Assembly: GCF_030028105.1 (NCBI RefSeq)
Contig: NC_092374.1
Span: 174,926,057 to 174,990,056, forward strand
Reading direction: 5' to 3'
Source of the DNA: Mobula birostris
Lineage: Eukaryota
DNA: 64,000 nt
Part shown: positions 25,801 through 37,800 of the stretch, one piece after another
How the letters are laid out: each line of letters opens with the position of its first letter
Position numbering within the stretch: the stretch's first letter is position 1
The notes under the pieces: generated by a model
Databases searched by the model: none
Seen by the model: the letters and a program-made list of their open reading frames with translations, nothing else
What the model was told of the DNA's origin: nothing
Program-made: the position numbers and the translations under genes

Positions 25801-28800
25801 CAAGGGAACCCTATTCCTAGTGGGGTGGCGGGAGGATGGAGTGAGAGCAGATGTGCGTGAAATGGGGGAGATGCGTTGAGAGCAGAGTTGATAGTGGAGG
25901 AAGGGAAGCCCCTTTCTTTTAAAGAGGATGATATCTCCCTTGTCCTGGAATGAAAAGCCTCATCCTGAGAGCAGATGCGGCGGAGACGGAGGAATTGCGA
26001 GAAGGGGATGGCATTTTTGCAAGAGACAGGGTGAGAAGAGGAATAGTCCAGATAGCTGTGAGAGTCAGTAGGTTTATAGTAGACATCAGTGGATAAGCTG
26101 TCTCCAGAGACAGAGACAGAAAGATCTAGAAAGGGGAGGGAGGTGTCGGAAATGGACCAGGTAAATTTGAGGGCAGGGTGAAAGTTGGAGACAAAATCAA
26201 TAAAGTCAACGAGCTCAGCATGCGTGCAGGAAGCAGCGCCAATGCAGTCGTCGATGTAACGAAGGAAAAGTGGGAGACAGATACCAGAATAGGCACGGAA
26301 CATAGATTGTTCCACAAACCCAACAAAAAGGCAGGCATAGCTAGGACCCATACGGGTGCCCATGGCTACACCTTTAGTTTGGAGGAAGTGGGAGGAGCCA
26401 AAGGAGAAATTATTAAGAGTAAGGACTAATTCCACTAGACGGAGCAGAGTGTTGGTAGAGGGGAAATGATTAGGTCTGGAATCCAAAAAGAAGCGGAGAA
26501 CTTTGAGACCTTCCCAGACGGAATATAAGGTGTTGTTCCTCCAACCTGAGTGTGTCTTCATCTTTACAGTAGAGGAGGCCGTGGATAGACATGTCAGAAT
26601 GGGAATGGGATGTGGAATTAAAATGTGTGGCCACTGGGAGATCCTGCTTTCTCTGGCGGACAGAGCGTAGGTGTTCAGCAAAGTATAAGAAGTATATAAG
26701 GACTGGACATCCATGGTGAAAATAAAGCGGTGGGGGCCGGGGAACTTAAAATCATCGAAAAGTTTAAGAGCGTGAGAAGTGTCACGAACATAGGTAGGAA
26801 GGGATTGAACAAGGGGGGATAAAACCGTGTCGAGGTATGCAGAAACGAGTTCGGTGGGGCAGGAGCAAGCCTCCAACCTGATGGCATGAACATCGACTTC
26901 TCTAACTTCCGCTAATGGCCCACCTCCCCCTCGTACCCCATCCGTTATTTATTTTTATACACACATTCTTTCTCTCTCTCTCCTTTTTCTCCCTCTGTCC
27001 CTCTGAATATACCTCTTGCCCATCCTCTGGGTTCCCCCCTCCCCCTTTTCTTTCTTCCTAGGCCTCCTGTCCCATGATCCTCTCGTATCCCTTTTGCCTA
27101 TCACCTGTCCAGCTCTTGGCTCCATCCCTCCCCCTCCTGTCTTCTATCATTTTGTATCTCCCCCTCCCCCTCCAACTTTCAAATCCCTTACTCACTCTTC
27201 CTTCAGTTAGTCCTGACGAAGGGTCTCGGCCTGAAACGTCGACTGTACCTCTTCCTAGAGATGCTGCCTGGCCTGCTGCGTTCACCAGCAACTTTGATGT
27301 GTGTTGCTTGAATTTCCAGCATCTGCAGAATTCCTGTTGTTTTCGGCTTCGTCATGTTTGCTGGCAGCACCCGCCGATATCAACTGAGATTCCTCAGCTC
27401 TCAAATCTTTCACACAGTCCTACAACCCCTCCCCCCCCCCCCCCGTGTGGCTTTAGGGGTCACTTCAGCAACAGGGCTACCACCGGGGACTGTACCCTGC
27501 TGACGAGTGGTCTCCCGCTCCTCCATCACGTTTTCCTCCTCTCTTAATTCTCTGATCAGCTCGACAAACGAGGGGAGAGGGCGCGTCTTATCGGACATTC
27601 GGAGGCTTCAAGCGATCATGTCTGAGACTGTGCGCCCTCCCCCACTTTGTCCATCCGTAACTGATTCACATCACCAGTGGAATCGCTCCTTTAAGCAACA
27701 CAGCTGTCTCCAGCTGAAAAATGTAGACAGAGAGTTTCTCCCCCTTCTCCTGAAACATGCTTCTAAACACCGTCATAAGCTCCATTCGGCTGCCTGTGGT
27801 GCCAAAAATGTTTTTTAACGCTTGCACGTAGCCCGCGGAAGTAGCTAGGGGGTTCTCGGTCTTTAAGGACCCCACTACCTCAGCAGCCAAACCTCTCAGA
27901 CTCTCTACCGCTCGCTGTCTTTTCACATTATCAGAGCACAGCTACTCATCCAACATCTGAGACGTCTGCTCCCCCCAACCCCCGGTCTCATACTCCTCTT
28001 CCCCCTCGGGGGTGGGCTTCACTCCTAGAAACATTCTCAAGTTACGATAACTCTGAGTCTCCGCAGGTCCACTTTGCCGTTTATCCGCCAGGGACTTAAA
28101 GACCGATACCAGCTCAGAATTTTCACCCCTCGCTGGAGGACAGATTAGACCTTTCGCATCAGACAACACCTTCCCCTCACTCCGCAGAAACGAGAACAAC
28201 TTGACTTTAAAGTCTCCGCCCTCAGCCTCGGGAATCTCGGTCTCCAGTTCGACAGCCTGGGTCACACTCCACTCTTCTCGGAAAGTATGGACCCTCCTCT
28301 CCCGGGACCCCAATGGTTACGTCGGAGTTTATCTGAACTAACACTACATCTACCCCGCCCTCCCTCCCACATTAACACTACATTTTCCCCATCCCCCAGC
28401 TTGATCATCATTATAACTTTCCGAATGCTTTAACAGTCCTTAAAACCCTAATTAACAATTCATCTGGGTTGAAGATTTTCACTCCACACAGAACACAAGC
28501 AGTCTCTTTGAATCACACCAATACTTAATCCCTGCAGCGTCCATAATCACGTAGCAGTTTCCCGGACAATAGTTTGACAAAAGTTTAAACACAAACCCAC
28601 CTATTCAATGAACACAGCATCCAACGAACTCAATCCCGGACGATCCCCCACAGCGAAATCCGTTTTTACTGGGTGTCTCTAACAGCCACCGGACTCCACG
28701 CCGAGACACCCACCTTTCTCTGGCTTCGTACGTCTCGGGTGTATACGACTTTGGTGCAGCCAAATCTGTGAGATTGGCATGTCTCGTCCATCCCGACCCC

Positions 28801-31800
28801 AGTTTGTGTGGATGCTGTGTGATTTACTGCCCCGCAATAGCCCGTTGGCATGAAATAACAGATTGCACTCTCCACACAATTATAAGGAAATATATTTATG
28901 AATGTTAACTTAACCAAAGAGTTAGTAAAGAAAAGAAAGAAAAAAAATCAAAAAGGGCCCATTATAGTTAAACAGTCACATGTTTGCAGTTTGGAGCTGA
29001 AACCTCCCAAAAGCCAAATTCACTGCTCGTTGGTAAACCTCCGTGCCTTTGCTCCATCGAATTGCGTTTTTCCACCACATCAACTCCTATGATTGGTTCT
29101 CTCCAGTGTCGCCCCTCTTCATCTCCAGCCGAACAAAGACAAAGACCTACACCGCTGTCAGTCACAAAGACCTTTCTTCCAGCCTTCCCTCGAACTTTCT
29201 CCCCATTCCGCCATCCTGACTAGATGACCACCTTCCTAAGCATCCCTTATCTTGTGCTTTTACAGAGAGACCATTACATGAAATGCCCTACAGCATTAGC
29301 AGTAAAACCTTCACTAGGGTGTTTTAGGGCTATTCCTCCACCTTTACAATCTTGCTAATCTTTCCTAAGTAAAGTATATCATTTAATACTATATTCATCA
29401 CTGTCCTTTGAGGTCAGCCAGGTTTCAGTTATTATCTCACACTTATTCATATAATTCCAGCTCATTTATTTCATTATTAGTACAGTGATATGCAAAAGTT
29501 TGGGCACCCTGGTCAAAATTTCTGTTACTGTGAATAGCATTTCTTCGGCAGTTTGAATGGGGCACAGCCGCGCAAGCATGTGAAAGTCGGCCCGTGAGAC
29601 AGCGGGAGAGTTTAAAAGTGAACAGATTGAGAAGGGGAAGGTCGTTTCTTCAGCAGTTTGAATGGGGCATGACTGCGCAAGCGCGTGAAAGTCGGCCCGT
29701 GAGACAGTGGGAGAGTTTAAAAAACAAGCAGATTAACAGAGCGGGCATCATAGGAGCGGGCGACAGAGTAGTGGGAGACAGAGTAGGAAGGCTTTGGCTC
29801 GAGAGTCTTCGGCAAGCAGAGGCTGAGGATGAGCTTGCTCCCAGTGAGGTAAGGCCAAGTAAGTTCCTTTAATGACTCTAATTAACCTAGGAGTAGGTAA
29901 TGGATGCAGCAGTTAGGGCAGTCGAGTGCTCTGTTTGCAGTATGTGGGAAGCCAGGGCGAGCACAATTGTTCCTGATGACTACACCTGTAAAGGTGCATC
30001 CAGCTGCAGCTCCTGACAAACCAAGTTAGGGAACTGGAGCTGGAACTGGATGAACTTCGGATCATTCAGGAGGCAGAGGCAGAAATAAACAGGTGTTTCA
30101 GGGAGATAGTCATCCCTAAAAGTCAGGAGGCAGGTAGCTGGGTGACTATCAGGAGAGGGAAGGGGAATAAACAGAATGAGCAGAGCACCCCTGTGGCCGT
30201 TCCCATCAACAATAAGTATATTGTTTTGGATATTGTTGGTGGGGACGACCTACCAGGGACAAGTTGCAGTGGTTGGGTCTCTGGCACCGAGACTGGACCC
30301 TCAGCTCAGATGGGAAGGAGGGAAAAGAGGAGAGCAGTAGTGATAGGGGATTCGATAGTTAAGGGGACAGATAAGAGGTTCTGTGGGAGAGGTCGAGAAT
30401 CCCGGATGGTCTGTTGCCTCCCTGGTGCCAGGGTCTGCGATATTTCAGATCGAGTTCTCGGTATTCTCAAGAGGGAGGGTGACCAGCCAGATGTCGTGGT
30501 CCACGTAGGGACCAGTGAAGTGGATAGGAAGGAGGAGGAGGTCCTGCAAAGAGAGTTCAGGGAGTTAGGTGCAAAGCTGAAGGACAGGACCTCCAGGGTT
30601 GCAATCTCAGGATTGCTACCCGTGCCACGTGCTAGTGAGGCTAGAAATAGGAAGATAATGCAGCTAAATACGTGGCTAAGGAGTTGGTGCAGGAGGGAGG
30701 GTCTCATGTTTCTGGACAATTGAGCCTTGTTCCAGGGAAAGTGGAACCTGTTCTGACGGGACGGGTTACACCTGAACTGGAAGGAGACTGACATCCTTGT
30801 GGGAAAGTTTGCTAGTGCTGCTCCGGGGGGGGGGGGGTTTAAACTAGATTTGCAGGGGGAGGGGAACCACAGTGTTAGAGCAGATAGTGAGGTGGAGGAG
30901 GATAAAGGTCATGCGAGAACTACAAGTATAGTGCATGGAGTAAAGCCAGATCGAACATATAAAGAGGCTTTGAGGAAAGAGAAACAGAATAAGGGGTGTA
31001 AAGGTAGTAAGGTAGAAGGGCTAAGGTGTGTGTACTTCAATGCAAGAAGCATCAGGAACAAAGGTGGTGAACTGAGAGCTTGGATACATACATGGAATTA
31101 TGATGTAGTGGCCATTACAGAGACTTGGCTGGCACCAGGGCAGGAATGGATTCTCAATATTCCTGGATTTCAGTGGTTTAAAAGGGATAGAGAGGGTGGA
31201 AAAAGGGGAGGAGGGGTGGCATTACTGGGCAGGGATACTATTACAGCTAAAGAAAGGGTGGATAATGTAGCAGAATCCTCTTTTGAGTCAGTATGGGTAG
31301 AAGTCAGGAACAGGAAGGGAGCAGTTACTCTATTGGGTATATTCTATAGGCCCCCTGGTAGCAGCAGAGATACAGAGGAGCAGATTGGGAGGCAGATTTT
31401 GGAAAGGTGCAAAAATAACAGGGCTGTTATCATGGGTGACTTTAACTTCCTCTATATTGATTGGCACCTAATTGGTTCCGATGATTTAGACGGAGTAGAG
31501 TTTGTTAAGTGTGTCCAGGATGGATTCCTGTCACAGTATGTTGACAGGCTGACTGGGGGAGTGCCATACTAGATCTAGTATTAGGTAACGAACCGGGTCA
31601 GGTCACAGATCTCTCAGTGGGTGAGCGTCTGGGGGACAGTGACCACCGCTCCCTGGTCTTTAACATTATCATGGAAAAGGATAGAATCAGAGAGGACAGG
31701 AAAACCTTTAATTGGGGAAGGGAAAATTACAAGGATATAAGGCTAGAACTTGCAGGTATAAATTGGGATAATGTTTTTGCAGGGAAATGTACTGTGGACA

Positions 31801-34800
31801 TGTGGTCGATGTTTAGGGATCTCTTGCAGGATGTTAGGGATAAATTTGTCCCGGTGAGGAAGATAAAGAATGGTAGGGTGAAAGAACAATGGATGACAAG
31901 TGAGGTGGAGAATCTAGTCAGGTGGAAGAAGGTAGCATTCATGAGGTTTAGGAAGCAAGGATCAGATGGGTCTATTGAGAAATATAGAGTAGCAAGAAAG
32001 GAGCTTAAGAAGGGGCTGAGAAGAGCAAGAAGGGGGCATGAGAAGGCCTTGGCGAGTAGGGTAAAGGAAAACCCCACGGCATTCTTCAATTATGTGAAGA
32101 ACAAAAGGATGACAGGAGTGAAGATAGGACCGATTAGAGATAAAGGTGGGAAGATGTGCCTGCAGGCTGTGGAAGTGAGTGAGGTCCTCAATGAATACTT
32201 CTCTTCGGTATTCACCAATGAGAGGGAACTTGGTGACGGTGAGGACAATATGAGGGAGGTTGATGTTCTGGAGCATGTTGATATTAAGGGAGAAGAGGTG
32301 TTGGAGTTGTTAAAATACATTAGGACAGATAAGTCCCCGGGGCCTGATGGAATATTCCTCAGGCTGCTCCACAAGGCGAGGGAAGAGATTGCTGAGCCTC
32401 TGGCTAGGATCTTTATGTTCTCGTTGTCTACGGGAATGGTACTGGAGGATTGGAGGGAGGCGAATGTTGTCCCCTTGTTCAAAAAAGGTAGTAGGGATAG
32501 TCCAGGTAGTTATAGACCATTGAGCTGTACGTCTGTGGTGGGAAAGCTGTTGGAAAAGATTCTTAGAGATAGGATCTCTGGGCATTTAGAGAATCATGGT
32601 CTGATTAGGGACAGTCAGCATGGCTTTGTGAAGGGCAGATCATGTCTAACAAGCCTGACAGAGTTCGTTGAGGAGGTAACCAGGCATATCAATGACGGTA
32701 GTGCAGTGGATGTGATCTACATAGATTTTAGTAAGGTATTTGACAAGGTTCCACATGGTAGGCTTATTCAGAAAGTCAGAAGGCATGGGATCCAGGGAAG
32801 TTTGGCCAGGTGCATTCAGAATTGGCTTGCCTGCAGAAGGCAGAGGGTGGTGGTGGAGGGAGTACATTCAAATTGGAGGGTTGTGACTAGTGGTGTCCCA
32901 CAAGGATCGGTTCTGGGACGTCTCCTTTTCGTGATTTTTATTAACGACCTGGATGTGGGGGTAGAAGGGTAGGTTGGCAAGTTTGCAGATGGCACAAAGG
33001 TTGGTGTTGTAGATAGTGTAGAGGATTGTCAAAGATTGCAGAGAGACATTGATAGGATGCAGAAGTGGGCTGAGAAGTGGCAGATGGAGTTCAACCTGGA
33101 GAAGTGTGAGGTGGTACACTTTGGAAAGACAAACTCCAAGGCAGAGTATAAAGTAAATGGCAGGATACTTGGTAGTGTGGAGGAGCAGAGGGATCTGGGG
33201 GTACATGTCCATAGATCCCTGAAAGTTGCCTCACAGGTAGATAGGGTAGTGAAGAAAGCTTATGGGATGTTAGCTTTCATAAGTCGAGGGAAAAAGTTTA
33301 AGAGTCGCGGGGTAATGATGCAACTCTGTAAAACTCTGGTTAGGCCACACTTGGAGTACTGTGTCCAGTTCTGGTCGCCTCACTATAGGAAGGATGTGGA
33401 AGCATTGGAAAGGGTACAGAGGAGATTTATTAGGATGTTGCCTGGTTTAGAGAGTATGCATTATGATCAGAGATTAAGTGAGCTAGGGCTTTACCTTTGG
33501 AGAGAAGGAGGATGAGAGGAGACATGATAAAGTATACAAGATATTAAGAAGAATAGATAGAGTGGACAGCCAGTGCCTCTTCCCCAGGGCACCACTGCTC
33601 AATACAAGAGGACATGGCTTTAAGGTAAGGGGTGGGAAGTTCAAGGAGGATATTAGAGGAAGGTTTTTTACTCAGAGAGTGGTTCGTGCGTGGAATGCAC
33701 TGCCTGAGTCAGTGGTGGAGGCAGATACACTAATGAAATTTAAGAGACTACTAGACAGGTATATGAACGAATTTAAGGTGGGGGGTTATATGGGAGGCAG
33801 GGTTTGAGGGTCAGCACAACATTGTGGGCCAAAGGGCCTATACTGTGCTGTACTGTTCTATGTTCTATGTAAGTGAGTAGAAAATGAACTGATCTCCAAA
33901 AGTCATAAAGTTAAAGATGAAACATTCTTTTCAACATTTTCAGCAAGGTTTGTGTATTATTTTTGTTTTGTACAATTTTAGAGTGAAATAAAGGAAAGGA
34001 GCACCACGCAAAAGTTTGGGCACCGCAAGAGATTTGAGCTCTCAGATAACTCTTGCCAAGTCCTCCGACCTTAATTACCTTGTTAGGGCTATGACTTAAT
34101 CACAGTCATCATTAAGAAAGGCCAGGTGATGAATATTTCAAAGCTTTGTAAATACCCTGACTCTTCAGACCTTGTCCCAACAATCAGCAGCCATGGGCTC
34201 CTCTAAGCAGCTGCCTAGCACTCTGAAAATTAAAATAAATGATGCCCACAAAGCAGGAGAAGGCTATAAGAAGATAGAAAAGTGTTTTCAGGTAGCTGTT
34301 TCCTCAGTTCATAATGTAATTAAGAAATGGCAGTTAACAGGAACGGTGGAGGTCAAGTTGAGGTCTGGAAGACCAAGAAAACTTTCCAAGAGAACTATTC
34401 GTAGGATTCCTAGAATGGCAAATGAAAACCCCCGTTTGACTGCAAAAGACCTTCAGGAAGATTTAGCAGACTCTGGAGTGGTGGTGCACTGTTCTACCGT
34501 GCAGCGACACTTGCACAAATATGACCTTCATGAAAGAGTTATCAGAAGAAAACTTTTCCTGTGTCCTCACCACAGAATTCAGCGTCAGAAGTTTGCAAAG
34601 GAACATCTAAATGAGCCTAATGCATTTTGGAAACAAGTCCTGTGGACTGATGAAGTTAAAATAGAACTTTTTGGTTGCAATGAGAAAAGGTATGTTTGGA
34701 GAAAAAAGGGTGCAGAATTTCATGAAAAGAACACCTCTCCAACTGTTAAGCACGGGGGTGGATCGATCATGCTTTGGGCTTGTGTTGCAGCCAGTGGCAC

Positions 34801-37800
34801 AGGGAACATTTCACTGGTAGAGGGAAGAATTAATTCAAATAAATACCAGCAAATTCTGGAAGCAAACATCACACCGTCTGTAAAAAAGCTGAAGATGAAA
34901 AGAGGATGGCTTCTACAACAGGATAATGATCCTAAACACACCTCAAAATCCACAATGGACTACCTGAAGAGGCGCAAGCTGAAGGTTTTGCCATGGACCT
35001 CACAGTCCCCTGACCTAAACATCATTGAGAATCTGTGGATAGACCTCAAAAGAGCAGTGCATGTGAGACGGCCCAAGAATCTCACAGAACTAGAAACCTT
35101 TTTCAAGGAAGAATGGGCGAAAATCCCCCAAACAAGAATTGAAAGACTCTTAGCTGGCTACAAAAGCATTTACAAGCTGTGATACTTGCCAAAGGGGGTG
35201 TTACTAAGTACTGACCATGCAATGTGCCCAAACTTTTGCTTCGGGCCCTTTTCCCTTTTTGTTATTTTGAAACTGTAAAAGATGGAAATAAAAAAGTAAT
35301 CTTGCTTGAAATATTAAAGAAATGTGTCATCTTTAACTTCATGCCTTTTGGAAATCAGGTCATCTTTTACTCGCTTAGCTATTCACAGTAAAATAAATTT
35401 TGACTGGGGTGCCCAAACTTTTGCATGCCACTGTACTTATTGCATTTATACAGGCCATCCTTCGTCCATTACCTGATATTTTTCATTCAATTCTGACCCA
35501 TGTTTATATTTTTGAAGCCTATAATCAGCTTATGCCCTGATATGTGATTCTCCACTGAAGTGTTTAAACAGTTGAGCCTGGCCTGTCTGGAGTCCCCTGT
35601 CCGCACCACCCCCAACCCATTCCCTAGTTTAACCAGTCCTCAACTAACTGAAGCATGCGTCTGCCCCGTACTCTCGTGGCCCTTCACTACAAGTGCAACC
35701 TGTCCCAGTGGTGCAGGTTCCATTTTCCTCAAAAGATGCCCCAATGTCCCATGAACCTATGGTCCTCTAACCTACACCATGATTTGAGCCACATGTTAAA
35801 TCATCTAATCTCCTCCATCTTAGCTGGACTGGTGTGTGGCACAGCAGAACTTTTGAGAAGACCACCTGGTCAGTTCTGTCCATGAGCATCCCACCTAACT
35901 CTTTAAATTTGTCTCACAGAACTGACAGCCGGCCCTTACCTGTGTCATTTGTTCTGGTGTGGACAATGACGACTGGATCCATCCCAGCTCCGGCCAGCCG
36001 CATATCAACTCATCCAGGGAGGTCTCCTACTTGTGCTTCTGGTACAGGACCCCTTGTCAGTACACACCTGATTCTCAACAACACCCACCCCCCAATAACT
36101 GAGTCTCTACTACCACTACTTTCATTTTACAGGGTTTAGGTTTAGGGTTAGAGACAGTCTGTCCTGCTTACCACCTCAGAGGTTCCATGGTTGTCGTGGA
36201 GCATCACTAGATGTTCAAAATGGTTGGACACTTCCGAGTCTGGAGTTGATGCTCCTGGACACCGTGCATTCTTACTCTGAACTTCCTTCCCACGGTCACC
36301 CACCCGTCTCGTTCTTTCTGGTCTGGAGTCTCAACCCATGGCTCTCTTCAGGTGCACACTATCTCCCTAAAGGACATCTGGAGCACGTCTGCCAATTCTC
36401 TACAACATCACAGGTCAGCTACCTCCTCCTCAAGTTCAATCAGTGTGTTCCAGAGTTGTTGAATTAACTGATGTTTCTTACATGTGAACTCTCCAGGGGA
36501 GTAATTTTCCATGAATCCGAACATAAGACAAGACTGACATTGCAGAGGCTGCATTCTTATTCTTTTAGGGGAAAGAAATAATGAAGATTAAGTGATTATA
36601 TTTATTGATAGTCTTAAAAGTAAGCTACTATTTATACTACTATTCCTACTTTGTTCCCGATGTACAGATAGTGCCTAACACTTAATGTGTACTTGGACCT
36701 TCTTTGGACTTTCTAGATTTGCATTCCCTGATAATTTCACTTTCTCCACCAGTAAGATACACCACAAAGTGACTCCTGGTCCCACCTTGTTAGGCCTACA
36801 ACAACTTCACCACTATCTAACTACTGGCTCGCTTTTTCATCAAAAGCACGCTAAGCGCCTCTATTACTGTTAGTGCTAGCGAACTGCTTATGCAAAAGTG
36901 AATAAAGAGTTTGGCATATTTTCCTTCATTGGTCATGTTACTGAGTACAAGAGTTGAGATGTCATGTATAAGACATTGATGAGAATACATTTGGAAATAT
37001 TGTTTAGCCACCCAGCTATAGGAAGGATACAATTAACCTAGAAATGGTGCAGACAAGATTCACATACAGTTACCAGAACTGGAGGACTTGAGTTACAAGG
37101 AGTGATTGGAGAGGTTGTGACTATTTTCCATGGAGTGAAGGAGAGAGAGGGGTGACTTTATGGATGTTTATAAAATCATGTGGGGCAAAGATAAAGTGGA
37201 TGGTCACAGTCTTTCTCCGAGGGTTGGAGGACGTACGTAGGTAAAGATGAGGAGGGAAAGATATAAAGGGGACCTGAGGCTGTTGAGTATATGGAATGAG
37301 CTGCTTGGGAAAGTGGTAGAAGAGGATATAGTTACAATGTTTAAAAGATGCTTTGGCAGGTACATGTCACAGGCTAGTAGGATATGGGCCTAACACGGGC
37401 AAAAGGATTAGCTCAGGGAGGAACCTTTGCCGTCATGGTTGAATTGAGCCATATGGATGTGTTTCAGCGCTATATGAATCTATGATTTCCCAACTTCTGT
37501 ATTCTGTGCCCTGACCGTTGAGGACTGGAATAGCATATGCCTTCTACACCACCTTGCTACTTTCAAGGAACTATGGATTTGAGCCTCAAATTGACATTTT
37601 CCAATTCCCTACCATTTATTGTATGTGTCCTACCCCGTACCCTTACACGATGGAATTAACTTCCATCATTCAACACACTGCACAACTTTCTATCACATCT
37701 ACAGTGTATCCTACTGCAGCCTTAGACAAACTTCTCCATAACCACACCACCAACTTTCATGTCATCTGCAAAGTTACTTATGAAATCTCTTCAATTTGCA

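Larger units (their letters stand above)
24801..27342 (-). mobile_element. Penelope-like element (RT + GIY-YIG) with inverted pseudo-LTRs and a 13-bp TSD
   Basis: [21 protein letters not shown]...FLRYIDDC; [25 protein letters not shown]; frameshift near 25878; TSD tcggcttcgtcat at 24788-24800 and 27343-27355. Confidence 0.93.
19721..29323 (-). mobile_element. Ty3/Gypsy LTR retrotransposon with both LTRs (PNMA-like gag, PR, RT, RNase H, IN), decayed and interrupted by a Penelope
   Basis: gag [18 protein letters not shown] (27942-28313); [12 protein letters not shown]...MYLDDLIMF (22958-23590); RNase [16 protein letters not shown] (22116-22793); integrase [23 protein letters not shown] (21508-22044); purine tract ggcagatggagag next to the 3' LTR. 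Confidence 0.92.
29483..35433 (+). mobile_element. Tc1-family DNA transposon (IR/DR type) with TA target duplication; left TIR interrupted by a CR1
   Basis: ta|cagtg...cactg|ta at 29481-29482 and 35434-35435; the 16-mer gcaaaagtttgggcac occurs at 29492 and 34008, and inverted at 35224 and 35409. Confidence 0.93.
14460..36480 (-). mobile_element. Old antisense CR1-clade LINE split into five pieces (about 14460-14790, 15922-17199, 19365-19720, 29324-29480, 35436-36480)
   Basis: The pieces are colinear on the - strand: ORF1 remnant, ACINAIS..NEINEL, ITETWL...GGGIAL, YMRQ...WVRI...LGVYYRHP...[13 protein letters not shown]...NYRPV...[22 protein letters not shown]. Confidence 0.75.

Noticed and set aside
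25515-26876. 453-aa Penelope ORF as a functional protein
   Set aside because: 5'-truncated, carries an insertion in RT and a frameshift near 25878 that separates it from the GIY-YIG domain
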